This document shows, piece after piece, positions 1 to 9,550 of a stretch of DNA of 64,000 nt. The stretch is from a virus: positions 14,773-78,772 of the IMG/VR virus record IMGVR_UViG_3300027396_000022; one strand, 5' to 3'. Below the pieces are notes generated by a model that had not been told where the DNA came from, did not search any database, and worked only from the letters and a program-made list of their open reading frames with translations. The position numbers and the translations under genes are program-made. The first letter of the stretch is position 1. Every line of letters starts with the position of its first letter.

Positions 1-2
1 TG

Positions 3-785
3 GGATATGATAAGCCCATTGATATTATTGGGCATGGTACTGATTTTGATAAATTTTTCCCACTTGATAAGCAGCAATGCCGAAAAGATTTAGGGATTCC
101 CGCTGATGCATTTGTTGTTTTCAATGGGAACAGGAATCAGCCACGCAAGCGCATTGATTTGACAATCAAGGCATTTATCAAGTTTGCCAAAGACAAGGAC
201 GATGCTCGCCTTTGGTTGAATATGGGCAGCAAAGACATGGGATGGGACTTAATTCCATTATTTAAGCGGGTAGCTCGCGACGAAGGGTTTGACGCCACCG
301 GGAAACTGATTATTACTAGCCCTCATTTCTCCACTGAAAACTGCCTGCCAGTTGAGCAATTAAATAAAGTGTATAACGCAGTTGACATTGGCTTGAATAC
401 ATGCATTGGTGAAGGTTGGGGGTTGGTTAATACAGAACATGGATCAGTGGGTGTGACGCAAGTTGTACCAGATCATACAAGCCTGGCGGAGATCTTTGAT
501 GAGCTTCCCCGTATTCAGTGCAATGCTTACGAAACAGACAGAAACTATGGTCTTGAGCGTCCTCTTCCTGACCCGGAAAGTGCTGCAGAGATTTTGTCTT
601 ATTACTATGAGAACCGCGATGCACTGAGAAAGGATGGGAAATGGTGCTACAAGCGTCTGCGAGAAGATTTCTGCACGTGGCCTTATATTCAAGGGCAATT
701 GCTTGACGCGGTAGAACGCACTCTTAATACAAAGTCTGCCGCGACTGAATTCAAAGGTTTTGATACTCCTGCAAAAATTATTTGA
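3..785 (+). CDS. GT-B glycosyltransferase (GT4-like), 5' truncated by the window
   Basis: Frame is open from base 3 (GYDKPIDIIGHG...GNRNQPRKRID); E-X7-E motif EGWGLVNTE. Confidence 0.85.
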   Translation, partial: GYDKPIDIIGHGTDFDKFFPLDKQQCRKDLGIPADAFVVFNGNRNQPRKRIDLTIKAFIKFAKDKDDARLWLNMGSKDMGWDLIPLFKRVARDEGFDATGKLIITSPHFSTENCLPVEQLNKVYNAVDIGLNTCIGEGWGLVNTEHGSVGVTQVVPDHTSLAEIFDELPRIQCNAYETDRNYGLERPLPDPESAAEILSYYYENRDALRKDGKWCYKRLREDFCTWPYIQGQLLDAVERTLNTKSAATEFKGFDTPAKII

Positions 786-787
786 TT

Positions 788-1504
788 ATGCAAATTTCAC
801 AAATCTTTCTTTCCACTGATCCAACGGAAAAGCTTAGTCCATTTTTGGAACACGCCACGGGCACTATTGATGCTTGTTTCCCTGAAGCAAAGCATGTTAT
901 TTACAACAATGATTCGCTTCGCGCTTTCATTGCTGATAATTACGAAGAAGAAGTGTTGTGGGCATATGATACGCTTAAGCCCTTCTCTTACAAGGCAGAT
1001 CTTGGTCGTTTTTGTTTGTTGAACAAGCTGGGCGGCTGGTATTTTGATATTGGCATTAGGGCCTTTAATGCAGTGGAACTTGGCGATCGTATTAAGTTTC
1101 TTGCTTTCCGTGATATTCAGCGCTTTAGTTACACAAGCTGGGCGTGTGCAACTACAGTGCTTTATTCTCAGCCCGACAATCCCGCTTTGCAAACTGCCAT
1201 TGAGATGATTGTGGCAAATTGCGTAGAACAATACTATGGCATCACTCCATTGTGCCCCACTGGTCCTACATTGTTAGGTAAAGCCTTGGCGGCGAACGGA
1301 AGCCAAGCTGATTTTATCTATGGCGATTATCTTGAACTAACGCCTACGCATGGACAAAAGAATAGGGCCTTTGTGCTTCCCGATGGCACAATCATGGCAT
1401 GGAGTAAGCCTGCTGGTGGTGGTGACTTAACTGGACTTGGCGCCAAGGGCGTCAACAATTACAATGAGCTGTGGCAGGCCCGCAAGGTGTATGGCGATGG
1501 TTGA
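788..1504 (+). CDS. Glycosyltransferase, GT32/OCH1-like
   Basis: KADLGRFCLL..GGWYFD motif and TGP motif. Confidence 0.75.
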   Translation: MQISQIFLSTDPTEKLSPFLEHATGTIDACFPEAKHVIYNNDSLRAFIADNYEEEVLWAYDTLKPFSYKADLGRFCLLNKLGGWYFDIGIRAFNAVELGDRIKFLAFRDIQRFSYTSWACATTVLYSQPDNPALQTAIEMIVANCVEQYYGITPLCPTGPTLLGKALAANGSQADFIYGDYLELTPTHGQKNRAFVLPDGTIMAWSKPAGGGDLTGLGAKGVNNYNELWQARKVYGDG

Positions 1505-2207
1505 TAGCACCATTTATGCGGTATGCATCCCAGGGGAGAAAGTGCGTTACACGGCCAGGTCTCGCATTGTTCCCATTATGGGAGGAAGCCACGTGCTGAG
1601 CAAAGAAGAGCGCGAAAGTCTTCGTGCCGAAGGTTATGCTTTTGACGATGAAAATGCCGTGCTGTCTCCATTAAATGATCGATGGGGAGAGCTTTCGTGC
1701 GTGCATTGGATGATTCTTAATGCAAAAGAAAACAATATTGGCAATGCTCAATATCGGCGCAATTGGCTAGAACCGGAAGATCAATGGTATTGCCCAGAAA
1801 CTTTGTATGTGCCAGAACCAGCTCAATTTTCTTGTACGCTTGAACAACAGTTTTATGGTGGCCATTCTGCTTTTGATGCACCAGTAATTACGCGCAAATT
1901 AGCAGACGAAGGCAAGTGGATTTTTACTCGCGAAGAAATTGATAAAATCTGGGCGCAATCTTCTTTCATCGGCTGCAATATGGCACGCGGACCGAGGCAG
2001 GCCTACCTGCGCTTCATGACAACACTATTTGCTGGACTTGCACCAATTTGGCGCGAACACAAAGAACACTTTCTTTCCATTGAAGGCTATGACAAACGTG
2101 CAATTGCGTTCATTGCCGAACGCTTGATTACTGGTATGGTTTTATGCAGAGACAGGATTTTTCCTGGCGTAAAAATTGCCACTGCTCCGATAGGATTTAT
2201 TAATTGA
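1491..2207 (+). CDS. DUF4422-like glycosyltransferase
   Basis: W/Y-x-EL, IGxxQYRR, CNM and AFIAERL motifs. Confidence 0.65.
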   Translation: MAMVDSTIYAVCIPGEKVRYTARSRIVPIMGGSHVLSKEERESLRAEGYAFDDENAVLSPLNDRWGELSCVHWMILNAKENNIGNAQYRRNWLEPEDQWYCPETLYVPEPAQFSCTLEQQFYGGHSAFDAPVITRKLADEGKWIFTREEIDKIWAQSSFIGCNMARGPRQAYLRFMTTLFAGLAPIWREHKEHFLSIEGYDKRAIAFIAERLITGMVLCRDRIFPGVKIATAPIGFIN

Positions 2208-2221
2208 TCGGCTGCAAATCG

Positions 2222-2911
2222 ATGGAATGTCCATTAGAAATTATTGACGCTAGTGCAAACAAAACAAATCATCGCTTTGCCATTGCTAATGCAATGCTTG
2301 GGCCAGCTAATCCATCGCTACCCAACACTGCTTATTGGCAAGAACTAGCTAAACGTTGGGAAGTTGGCCTGTCAGATGCCTTGGCTCGTCGATGCAATAA
2401 TTGCGAGCATTACATTGATACTGCAGTCATTCAGAATTGCATTCAAAGGCATGGTCGGTTTGATATTACTAGTCTTGGTTCCGAATTTAAAGACATGAAA
2501 GATGCAAGTGGCTATTGCACGTTGTATCACATTACTTGTACAGCCAGTCGTGTATGTGTAGACTGGGAAGAAGGCGGTCCAATTACAACTACCAAAGAAG
2601 GTGCCATGGCTATCGAAAATGAAGGGCGCGAAGACGCTAAAAAAATGAGCGCGAAGCAAAAGAAAATTGCAAAAGTGATGCGCGAATTTAAGGCTGGTAC
2701 TTTGAAGGGCAGTGACAAAAAGCCAATCAAGAATAAAAAACAAGCCATTGCTATTGCCCTCTCGGAAGCTGGCATGAGTCGCATGAACAAAAGCGATGAG
2801 TATTGGGATGCCTATGTTGACACCATGATGTGCATGGAAGTTGAAGACCCTGAAGAAGAAGGCATGGGAAGCATGAAAACTGAAGACGGTTCCTGCGGAA
2901 AAAAGCGCTAA
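2222..2911 (+). CDS. Head-region protein with Cys-rich domain and DUF6496-like basic motif
   Basis: CxxC...C...C cluster; KIAKVMREFKAGTL...KQAIAIALSEA, also found in 45195-45380. Confidence 0.6.
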   Translation: MECPLEIIDASANKTNHRFAIANAMLGPANPSLPNTAYWQELAKRWEVGLSDALARRCNNCEHYIDTAVIQNCIQRHGRFDITSLGSEFKDMKDASGYCTLYHITCTASRVCVDWEEGGPITTTKEGAMAIENEGREDAKKMSAKQKKIAKVMREFKAGTLKGSDKKPIKNKKQAIAIALSEAGMSRMNKSDEYWDAYVDTMMCMEVEDPEEEGMGSMKTEDGSCGKKR

Positions 2912-3258
2912 GGGGTGATGCTGGAAGCTTTGCCCCTCCTGCTGCTGTTCGATCTGCTGCCCGTCGTGGCTTAGAGCTACGCAAGAAATATGGCAAAGGA
3001 GGCTTGACGACGCAAGAAGCGGGCAAGCAGGGCATTGGCAGTGGCGTGGCGAGAGCTACAAGTCTGGCCAATGGAGAGAATGTGAGCTATGAGACAATCA
3101 AGCGCATGGCCGCATTCTTCTCTCGCCATGAAAAGAATAAGAGTGGCGAAGAAGATGATGCTGGAAAAATTGCATGGGATTTATGGGGCGGCGATGCTGG
3201 TAGGGCGTGGGCAAATCGCATTATTAAGATGGTAGAAAATCGCAAAAAAGACCAATGA
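2884..3258 (+). CDS. Phage head-associated domain, probably the -1 frameshift extension of 2222-2911
   Basis: Frame open 2884-3258 with no ATG at its 5' end; A_AAA_AAG at 2899-2905; IAWDLWGGDAGRAWA motif. Confidence 0.55.
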   Translation, partial: RRFLRKKALRGDAGSFAPPAAVRSAARRGLELRKKYGKGGLTTQEAGKQGIGSGVARATSLANGENVSYETIKRMAAFFSRHEKNKSGEEDDAGKIAWDLWGGDAGRAWANRIIKMVENRKKDQ

Positions 3259-3566
3259 GCGAATATGTGCGCGTCATCGAAGAAGAGGACGAAGGTATTG
3301 GTCTTTTAAAGGCGCTTTCAATTCTTTCTGCCAATGAACATCGCAATACTTCACGATGGGAATTGGTCGAAAAGCAATGCTTCAAAAATGGTCGGCTAGA
3401 TGAAACACACATTTATGTGATGAGCGTTTACGAGAAGCCCGACCCTCATTTTGAGCCGACAAAGTTCTTGACTTTTGAAATTGAGGCAATGGCAAAGTCC
3501 TACATTATGGAAGACATTGAGCATCAACTTGCCAGTATTCGCGGCGAAGACGACGACGAGGATTGA
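3255..3566 (+). CDS. Hypothetical acidic protein
   Basis: ATGA-coupled ORF, 103 aa. Confidence 0.6.
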   Translation: MSEYVRVIEEEDEGIGLLKALSILSANEHRNTSRWELVEKQCFKNGRLDETHIYVMSVYEKPDPHFEPTKFLTFEIEAMAKSYIMEDIEHQLASIRGEDDDED

Positions 3567-3604
3567 TTATTACGTTTCTCAATAAGTGCTGTTTATTGAG
3601 AAAA

Positions 3605-3883
3605 CTAATTGATTTTTGCGATGAAAGATGGATAGCCCATCAGCCACAACACGCTAATTCCATAGAGACCACTGAGAGTGCGAATCTGTACGCAATCTGG
3701 CGGGGCGGTGCCCTTCTCAATGCGGCAATAAGAACTTTGACTGATGTGCAGTTCTTTTGCCACATCATGCTGAGTGAGTCCGGCATTTAGCCGGGCTTCT
3801 TTAATGCGACCAGCAATAAGAATGCGTGCTTCCTGGTGGGGAAGTTTAAGAGCATCCGTTGCACTACGCGCCAAAAACATCAC
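3605..3883 (-). CDS. XRE-family helix-turn-helix regulator
   Basis: RIKEARLNAGLTQHDVAKELHISQSSYCRIEKG. Confidence 0.85.
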   Translation of the reverse strand: MMFLARSATDALKLPHQEARILIAGRIKEARLNAGLTQHDVAKELHISQSSYCRIEKGTAPPDCVQIRTLSGLYGISVLWLMGYPSFIAKIN

Positions 3884-3948
3884 AAGCTTTTATTCCGTTT
3901 TGCATAAGCTTACAAAGTATAACATTCGCTTCTTGATAAAGTATGAAT

Positions 3949-5142
3949 ATGAGCACCATTTCTTGCCGATACGATTTCTCTCCTATTGAGAAATACGAAC
4001 TCACGCCAGAAGGTTATCTTCGGGCATGGGCTTCTATCGCACGCACTGGCATCCAGCATTACACAGATAGTGATGGTTCCATTCGTCGCGAATATCGTCC
4101 CGAGACAGAAGTGGCGTCTCCCGAAAGCCTTGCTTCATTTGCGGGCAAGGCAATCACTTCGGAACACCCCCCTGTGCTTCTCGATTCCGAGAATACTAAA
4201 GACTACCAAGTAGGATTTAGTGGCACTGAAGTGGTATACGACAATGGTTTCGTGAAGGCAGTGATGACAATCACTGACGAAGATACCATTAAGCGCATCA
4301 TGAAGGGGGATGCTCGTGAGGTAAGCGCGGGCTATAGGGTGAATTATGATCCCACGCCCGGCGTTACAGAAAACGGCGAACATTACGATGGTATCCAAAA
4401 AGAAATCATCGGTAATCACATCGCTGTTGTCCGCCGGGGCCGCGCTGGCCCGCAAGTGAAGCTCCATCTTGATCGCCAAGATGCTGCTGACCCATCTTTA
4501 ATCTCTAATACAGGAGACCATCTAATGACTGCAAAAGTCGTTTTTGATGGCGCCGAGTTTGAAGTGACGGAGAGCGTTGCTCTTGCGATCACTAAAGAAC
4601 GTGAAGACGCCAAGATGTCCTACGAGGACATGAAGAAAAAGTACGACGAACTGCAGGCCGCTGCCGATTCCATGAAGTCCGAAATGGATGCTATGGGAAA
4701 GGAAATGCAAGGCAAGTGCGATTCCGCTGAGGGTCGTGCTGATGCACTGGCTGAGCAGATCGAAGAACTGAAGACTGAACTGGCTGCCGCCAAGGAAATC
4801 AATCTTGATTCCCTGGTTAAAGAGCGCGTGGCTCTCGTTGAGAAAGCCAAGCCTGTTCTGGATAGCGCCTATGAATTCGCTGGCAAAACTGCCCGTGAAG
4901 TGATGGTTGATTCCATCAAGGCAGTGCGTGGTGATGAGCTTGATCTCTCTGAGAAGAGCGATGACTACGTGCAGGCAATGTTTGACACTCTCTCTGAGGG
5001 CCGTTCTGACTCTGCCACCACCGACGAGCTGCGCAAAGCCGTAGCTTCCATTGCTTCTCCTGTTTCTGCACCCTCTGCCTATATGGACATGCTGCAGAAT
5101 GCATGGAAGAAGCCCCTTTCCATCTCCAAGGAGGCTAAGTAA
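3949..5142 (+). CDS. DUF2213 prohead protease/scaffold fusion
   Basis: TPEGYL, IARTG, REVSAGY, NHIAVV..GRAG motifs followed by a coiled-coil C-terminus. Confidence 0.85.
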   Translation: MSTISCRYDFSPIEKYELTPEGYLRAWASIARTGIQHYTDSDGSIRREYRPETEVASPESLASFAGKAITSEHPPVLLDSENTKDYQVGFSGTEVVYDNGFVKAVMTITDEDTIKRIMKGDAREVSAGYRVNYDPTPGVTENGEHYDGIQKEIIGNHIAVVRRGRAGPQVKLHLDRQDAADPSLISNTGDHLMTAKVVFDGAEFEVTESVALAITKEREDAKMSYEDMKKKYDELQAAADSMKSEMDAMGKEMQGKCDSAEGRADALAEQIEELKTELAAAKEINLDSLVKERVALVEKAKPVLDSAYEFAGKTAREVMVDSIKAVRGDELDLSEKSDDYVQAMFDTLSEGRSDSATTDELRKAVASIASPVSAPSAYMDMLQNAWKKPLSISKEAK

Positions 5143-5144
5143 TC

Positions 5145-5705
5145 ATGGCCGTAACTTTCTCTGCTTCGGGCACTGCCTCCGCTGGTGGCGTGCAACAGAG
5201 CTACGCTCTGGAGCACACCGCACTGCTGGAAGGTCAACTGTCCGATATTCGCAGCAACACCATTGGCACTAGCGTCAATGAAACTGGTGCTGTCGTGGCT
5301 TTTGGTAACGTTGTTGTTTATAACAACGCTGGTACTGTTGAAAATTCCGCTTGCACTATCTCGGGCGCTTCCGATACCGTGCTTGGCGTAAACGTGCTCA
5401 CCTATGTTGATGAAACCGCCCTGGACACCAATAGCCGTCCTGGCGTGAAGAATCAGCAGGTGATGAACGTGGCCAACGAAGGCGCAGTGGCCGTCTATGT
5501 GACCGGCGCTGTAACTCCTAAGAGCCCCGTGCGTGTGCTGTATTCCGCCAGTGGCACTGGCAAGGCTGGTCAGTTTTCGCATGCTTTTGCTTCTGGCAAG
5601 ACCGTTCGCCTCGCTGGCGCACGCTTCCTGAGCACCACCACTTCCAGCGGCATTGCAATTCTGGAGCTGAATGGCCCCAGCTTTACTCTTTCCGCTGATT
5701 CTTGA
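5145..5705 (+). CDS. Capsid decoration/cement protein
   Basis: Lies between the DUF2213 gene and the capsid gene; AFG and GAVAV motifs. Confidence 0.7.
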   Translation: MAVTFSASGTASAGGVQQSYALEHTALLEGQLSDIRSNTIGTSVNETGAVVAFGNVVVYNNAGTVENSACTISGASDTVLGVNVLTYVDETALDTNSRPGVKNQQVMNVANEGAVAVYVTGAVTPKSPVRVLYSASGTGKAGQFSHAFASGKTVRLAGARFLSTTTSSGIAILELNGPSFTLSADS

Positions 5706-5720
5706 TAGGAGGCCCTAACA

Positions 5721-6629
5721 ATGTCTGAATTCCGTATGGATGACGCGGGTCTGTTCCTTGAGCGTCAGCTTGAGTACATCCGCCCCCAAGTGTTTGAAGT
5801 GCAGTATGCGGATATTAAGTATCCGACCATTCTGCCTGTTACCAGTGAAGCTGGCCCTGGCGCTCAGACCTTCACTTACCGCATCATGGACTCCACTGGT
5901 GAGTTCAAGCTGATCGCTGATGCTGCTGATGATCTGCCCCGTGCTGACATCAGCCAGACCGAGAAGAGCATCAACATCCGCTCCTTCGGTGGTTCCTTCG
6001 GTTATACCGTGCAGGAACTGCGTGCCGCTCAGATGGCCAACATCGCTCTGGAGCAGCGTCGTGCTGCTGCTGTGCGTCGTGCCTATGAAGAGAAGGTGGA
6101 AGAAGTGGCCCTGTTCGGTGAGAGCACCGTGGGTCTTTCCGGTTTCTTCAACAACTCCACCGTGGATGTTGTGGCCGCTGATAAGTGGTTCACCACTGCA
6201 AGCATCACCGCCCAGGAAATGCTTGAGCTGCTGAACTATGGCGTGACTGCCATTATCAATGGCTCCAAAATGAAGGAGCAGCCCGACACTATCCTCATGG
6301 CTTATGAGGATTACAACAAGGTGAGCACCACTCGCAACTCCGACTCCTCGGATGTGACCGTGCTGGAATACTTCCTGCGCACCAACCCCTACATCCGCAA
6401 TGTTGAGCCCATCAACCAACTGGATGCTGATAACAGCGTGCTGAACACCAACCGCATGGTTGTGTATAAGCGCGATCCCGAGAAAGTGCAACTGCACATT
6501 CCTCAGCCCCTGGAACTCTTCCCGCCCCAACAGCGCGGCCTTGAGTTCATCGTTCCCGCTCATGCTCGCGTGGGTGGCGTGGCTCTGTACTATCCCAAGA
6601 GCGTTATCTACGTTCAGGCTTCTAGCTGA
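5721..6629 (+). CDS. Major capsid protein (DUF2184, HK97-like fold)
   Basis: FLERQLEYI, YTVQELRAAQ, ARVGGVALYYP motifs; strong RBS and biased codon usage. Confidence 0.85.
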   Translation: MSEFRMDDAGLFLERQLEYIRPQVFEVQYADIKYPTILPVTSEAGPGAQTFTYRIMDSTGEFKLIADAADDLPRADISQTEKSINIRSFGGSFGYTVQELRAAQMANIALEQRRAAAVRRAYEEKVEEVALFGESTVGLSGFFNNSTVDVVAADKWFTTASITAQEMLELLNYGVTAIINGSKMKEQPDTILMAYEDYNKVSTTRNSDSSDVTVLEYFLRTNPYIRNVEPINQLDADNSVLNTNRMVVYKRDPEKVQLHIPQPLELFPPQQRGLEFIVPAHARVGGVALYYPKSVIYVQASS

Positions 6630-6684
6630 GGATAGTTAATCAAGGGAGGGACGTTAAGCTATGAACAATTGTTTTTTTTGAACA

Positions 6685-7071
6685 ATGCTAATTGCTTATC
6701 GTCCCGAACTTGAAAACCCGCCCCGTGAAGGCGGGTTTGGCATTATTACGCAAACAGGTATGATCCAACTCACGCCTGGTCTTAATCAAGATATTCCAGA
6801 ACATCAATGGAAAGTGGCTCGTGAGAATAAGGCAGTAAAACGCCTTATGAACATTGGAGCCATTGAGGAAGTGCGAGAGCAGATCATGGTGGAAGACATT
6901 CCGCAAGATGTGCAAACGCTTTCTCAGATGCCAATGGTGGAAGCCATCCGCATGATTGAACTCATTCATGATCCAGATCAATTGAATGGCTGGAAAAAGA
7001 TTGAAGGCCGCGTGCGCGTGCGCAATGCCATTAATAAGCGCATTGAAAACATTCGCATTGGGAAAGCCTGA
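6685..7071 (+). CDS. Hypothetical head-associated protein
   Basis: Directly follows the capsid gene. Confidence 0.6.
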   Translation: MLIAYRPELENPPREGGFGIITQTGMIQLTPGLNQDIPEHQWKVARENKAVKRLMNIGAIEEVREQIMVEDIPQDVQTLSQMPMVEAIRMIELIHDPDQLNGWKKIEGRVRVRNAINKRIENIRIGKA

Positions 7072-7073
7072 TT

Positions 7074-7385
7074 ATGGCCGTTACTTATGCGAGTTTTCTT
7101 GAGCGGTTCCCTGAATTCACTCCCCATCCATCGGGAATTGTGAATGGCGCCATCTCTGAAGCCACCTACGATGCTTCTGCAGACGTGTTTGGGGAACAAA
7201 CTGATAGAGCAGTTAAATTTCTTGCTGCTCATATCATTGCCATCCAACTTGCACAAATGGGCATTCAAATTGGTGCCACTGAAGGCAAGGTGTATGGTGA
7301 GGGGCTAGATGCCACTCAATACGGTCAAGAGTTTAAGCGTATGCTGAATACGCTGCCTTCTTCTTCTGTTGGTTTCGTTGTATGA
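7074..7385 (+). CDS. Head-tail adaptor (DUF4054-like)
   Basis: FLERFPEF...LAAH...TQYGQEF motifs. Confidence 0.75.
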   Translation: MAVTYASFLERFPEFTPHPSGIVNGAISEATYDASADVFGEQTDRAVKFLAAHIIAIQLAQMGIQIGATEGKVYGEGLDATQYGQEFKRMLNTLPSSSVGFVV

Positions 7386-7771
7386 GCAATTTTCTGGAGC
7401 CACTTGCCAATTCCACACTGGTATGGTCGGTGGCTTCAGGCTATGCACTTGATAGCGAAACTGGAAATTACGTTGCCGTTGCAACAGGCGTCACTTATTA
7501 CGCCACGTTAAGGCAGAAGCGTAATCCTCAGTACGATTATTTGCTTGGTGCAGATCAAACTGCTGTCTACATGGAGGGGCGTCTCACTTCTCCATTAACG
7601 CTTTCCGGCGTAACGCCTGGTGATTCTGCTCAAGCAACGATCAATGGAAGAGAAGGGCGCTTTGAACTGTTGCCAAACGAGGAGATTGCTATTCATTATT
7701 GGCAGTTCCTCGGCACGCCAATTAGAGGAATTTTTAGACTAATTGGCAAAGGAAGCGTTGATAACGCTTAA
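7382..7771 (+). CDS. Putative head closure protein
   Basis: Position and size only. Confidence 0.5.
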   Translation: MSNFLEPLANSTLVWSVASGYALDSETGNYVAVATGVTYYATLRQKRNPQYDYLLGADQTAVYMEGRLTSPLTLSGVTPGDSAQATINGREGRFELLPNEEIAIHYWQFLGTPIRGIFRLIGKGSVDNA

Positions 7772-7803
7772 TCACTTTTCTTTCCATTGCTGAGGATCTT
7801 CTC

Positions 7804-8382
7804 ATGCTTTACCATCCCACAGAACTGGTGAAGAGCCAAGACGTGATTGTGCGTGTTGGCTCGATCAGTGGCACCAGCCGCCCCGTAATCACCCAGAGCG
7901 GCGCCACCTTCAGCGTAAGCGGCGCTCCCACTCTTTACACTCTGCAAGCTGCTACCACGGCTTCTGTTGCCTTCAATGATGGCAATACTGAGTTCTACCT
8001 GCTTGGCGGCGGTGGTTTTGCTGATAGCGTAATTGTTACCAGCCAAGCCACTGCATCCATTACTTCCTATTTCCAAAAGGATGTTGATGGCACCGTGTTT
8101 GTGCCGAATAGCTTTGACGAGGCTTTCCAGGTGATCAGCTCGGCTCGTTATGACAAGAACGCTGAGGTGTACGTGGAAATCAACAAGCAGCTTGGCGCTT
8201 CAGGCACCACTTATTACTATGACCGAGTGGCTTACGTGGGTCGCGTGATGAACTACAACGAGAGCTATCCTGCTGATAACCTCGTGGAATGCACCTTCGA
8301 TCTGATTAGCCGTGGTCGCATTGGCATTCATCAGAATGCCTCCGAGACTGGCTCGATCATCCCGACTGCTCCTAATAGCTGA
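7804..8382 (+). CDS. Major tail tube protein
   Basis: Position, Ser/Thr-rich beta composition, followed by a terminator. Confidence 0.65.
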   Translation: MLYHPTELVKSQDVIVRVGSISGTSRPVITQSGATFSVSGAPTLYTLQAATTASVAFNDGNTEFYLLGGGGFADSVIVTSQATASITSYFQKDVDGTVFVPNSFDEAFQVISSARYDKNAEVYVEINKQLGASGTTYYYDRVAYVGRVMNYNESYPADNLVECTFDLISRGRIGIHQNASETGSIIPTAPNS

Positions 8383-8405
8383 TTCATCTTTCCATAGATC
8401 TTTGC

Positions 8406-8433
8406 TAGCCTTCCCTTACGGGGAGGCTATTTT
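8406..8433 (+). terminator. Rho-independent terminator
   Basis: TAGCCTTCCC-TTAC-GGGGAGGCTA stem followed by TTTT. Confidence 0.75.
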
Positions 8434-8436
8434 ATT

Positions 8437-8847
8437 GTGAACATTGCACAACTTCGGGAAGTGGTTACTGAGCTACTTTCCGCATCGCCTAATTTAATTG
8501 GCACTTATACATTGCCAAATAATTCAACGCTTCCTGCTGTTTACGTAGTGGGAAGGCAAAGCGTGCCGCACGAATGGAAAGTGAAGGGACTGGAAGTGAC
8601 AATGAGAGAGTTTCCAATCCTTAATCCTGGCTCTCCATTGGGAGGCACTGTAAAAGTGAGTCAAGTATGGGAAGTGGTTTTAACTCAATTTACACCCAGT
8701 AGCAATACGCTCGCTACAGCGATGGACAGAATGGTTAGACGTTTTCCTGATGCCACGCCAAGATATTTTCAGGGAGATGATATTGCCTATGAGCGCTGTC
8801 GATTTTTGATTCCAGATTTAATTCTCCGTAATTTAATTGCGCCATGA
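8437..8847 (+). CDS. Putative tail terminator/completion protein
   Basis: Position and size. Confidence 0.5.
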   Translation: MNIAQLREVVTELLSASPNLIGTYTLPNNSTLPAVYVVGRQSVPHEWKVKGLEVTMREFPILNPGSPLGGTVKVSQVWEVVLTQFTPSSNTLATAMDRMVRRFPDATPRYFQGDDIAYERCRFLIPDLILRNLIAP

Positions 8848-9296
8848 GTGGAATCATCAATGGAGGCTCAATTATTAACGGAAAAATTCTTGAGCAAAAA
8901 TTAGCGCAAGCTTTTGAAACTTGGGCACGTTTTGATGCGAACGATTATTTTCGCGGACAATTTACGGAAGACAAGTGGAACTATCCTGGAGAGACAGAAA
9001 GGAAAAGCGGAGAACTTGCCAGGGATCCACGTAATATTTTCGATCTTGGCGATCTTTATAGAAGTGGTAGGGATAGCTTTAAAATTACGCAAGGAAGCAT
9101 AGATATCACTGCATCGTGGGATTGGGATGCAAAGAATAGTTCAGGAAGAGGCTATGCGTGGTATGTTCATGAAGGACTGTCAACTAATTTGGCGCCAAGG
9201 CAGTGGACAGACGTGTTTCAGCAGCGCGATCTATTTGCAAGTAGCAATGTAAGCAAGGAGCTAAGATCGCGAATACGTAAAGCATTGGGCAAATGA
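8844..9296 (+). CDS. Tail completion protein (HK97 gp10-like)
   Basis: DLGDLYRS, YAWYVHEG and PRQW motifs. Confidence 0.6.
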   Translation: MSGIINGGSIINGKILEQKLAQAFETWARFDANDYFRGQFTEDKWNYPGETERKSGELARDPRNIFDLGDLYRSGRDSFKITQGSIDITASWDWDAKNSSGRGYAWYVHEGLSTNLAPRQWTDVFQQRDLFASSNVSKELRSRIRKALGK

Positions 9297-9550
9297 ACAT
9301 CGATTATCTATGGAACCAGGATAATACTGTGCATGCCATTAATTGCGAGCTTAACGGCATGGCTCTAGACGTTGGCATATTATGCCTTATTTCTTGCCGG
9401 GAAGAGACGCTTAGAATAAGCAACGAAAATCATTCAATGCTGGTTGAAGTGCCTAAGGAATTTCGCTCTAACAGCGAAAGAGTGAAGGTGTTCAACGCAT
9501 TGTTAAACGTTCTTGATCATGAGCAAATACAGCTTCCTTCTGCAAACTAA
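9293..9550 (+). CDS. Hypothetical protein
   Basis: Translationally coupled ORF. Confidence 0.5.
   Translation: MNIDYLWNQDNTVHAINCELNGMALDVGILCLISCREETLRISNENHSMLVEVPKEFRSNSERVKVFNALLNVLDHEQIQLPSAN

Noticed and set aside
5715-6563. Long antisense ORF opposite capsid A
   Set aside because: Shadow of a codon-biased gene; the same applies to 47054-47983 and 62921-63637.
5721-6629. Encapsulin/linocin nanocompartment
   Set aside because: Flanked by protease, decoration, adaptor and tail genes, so it is a phage capsid.
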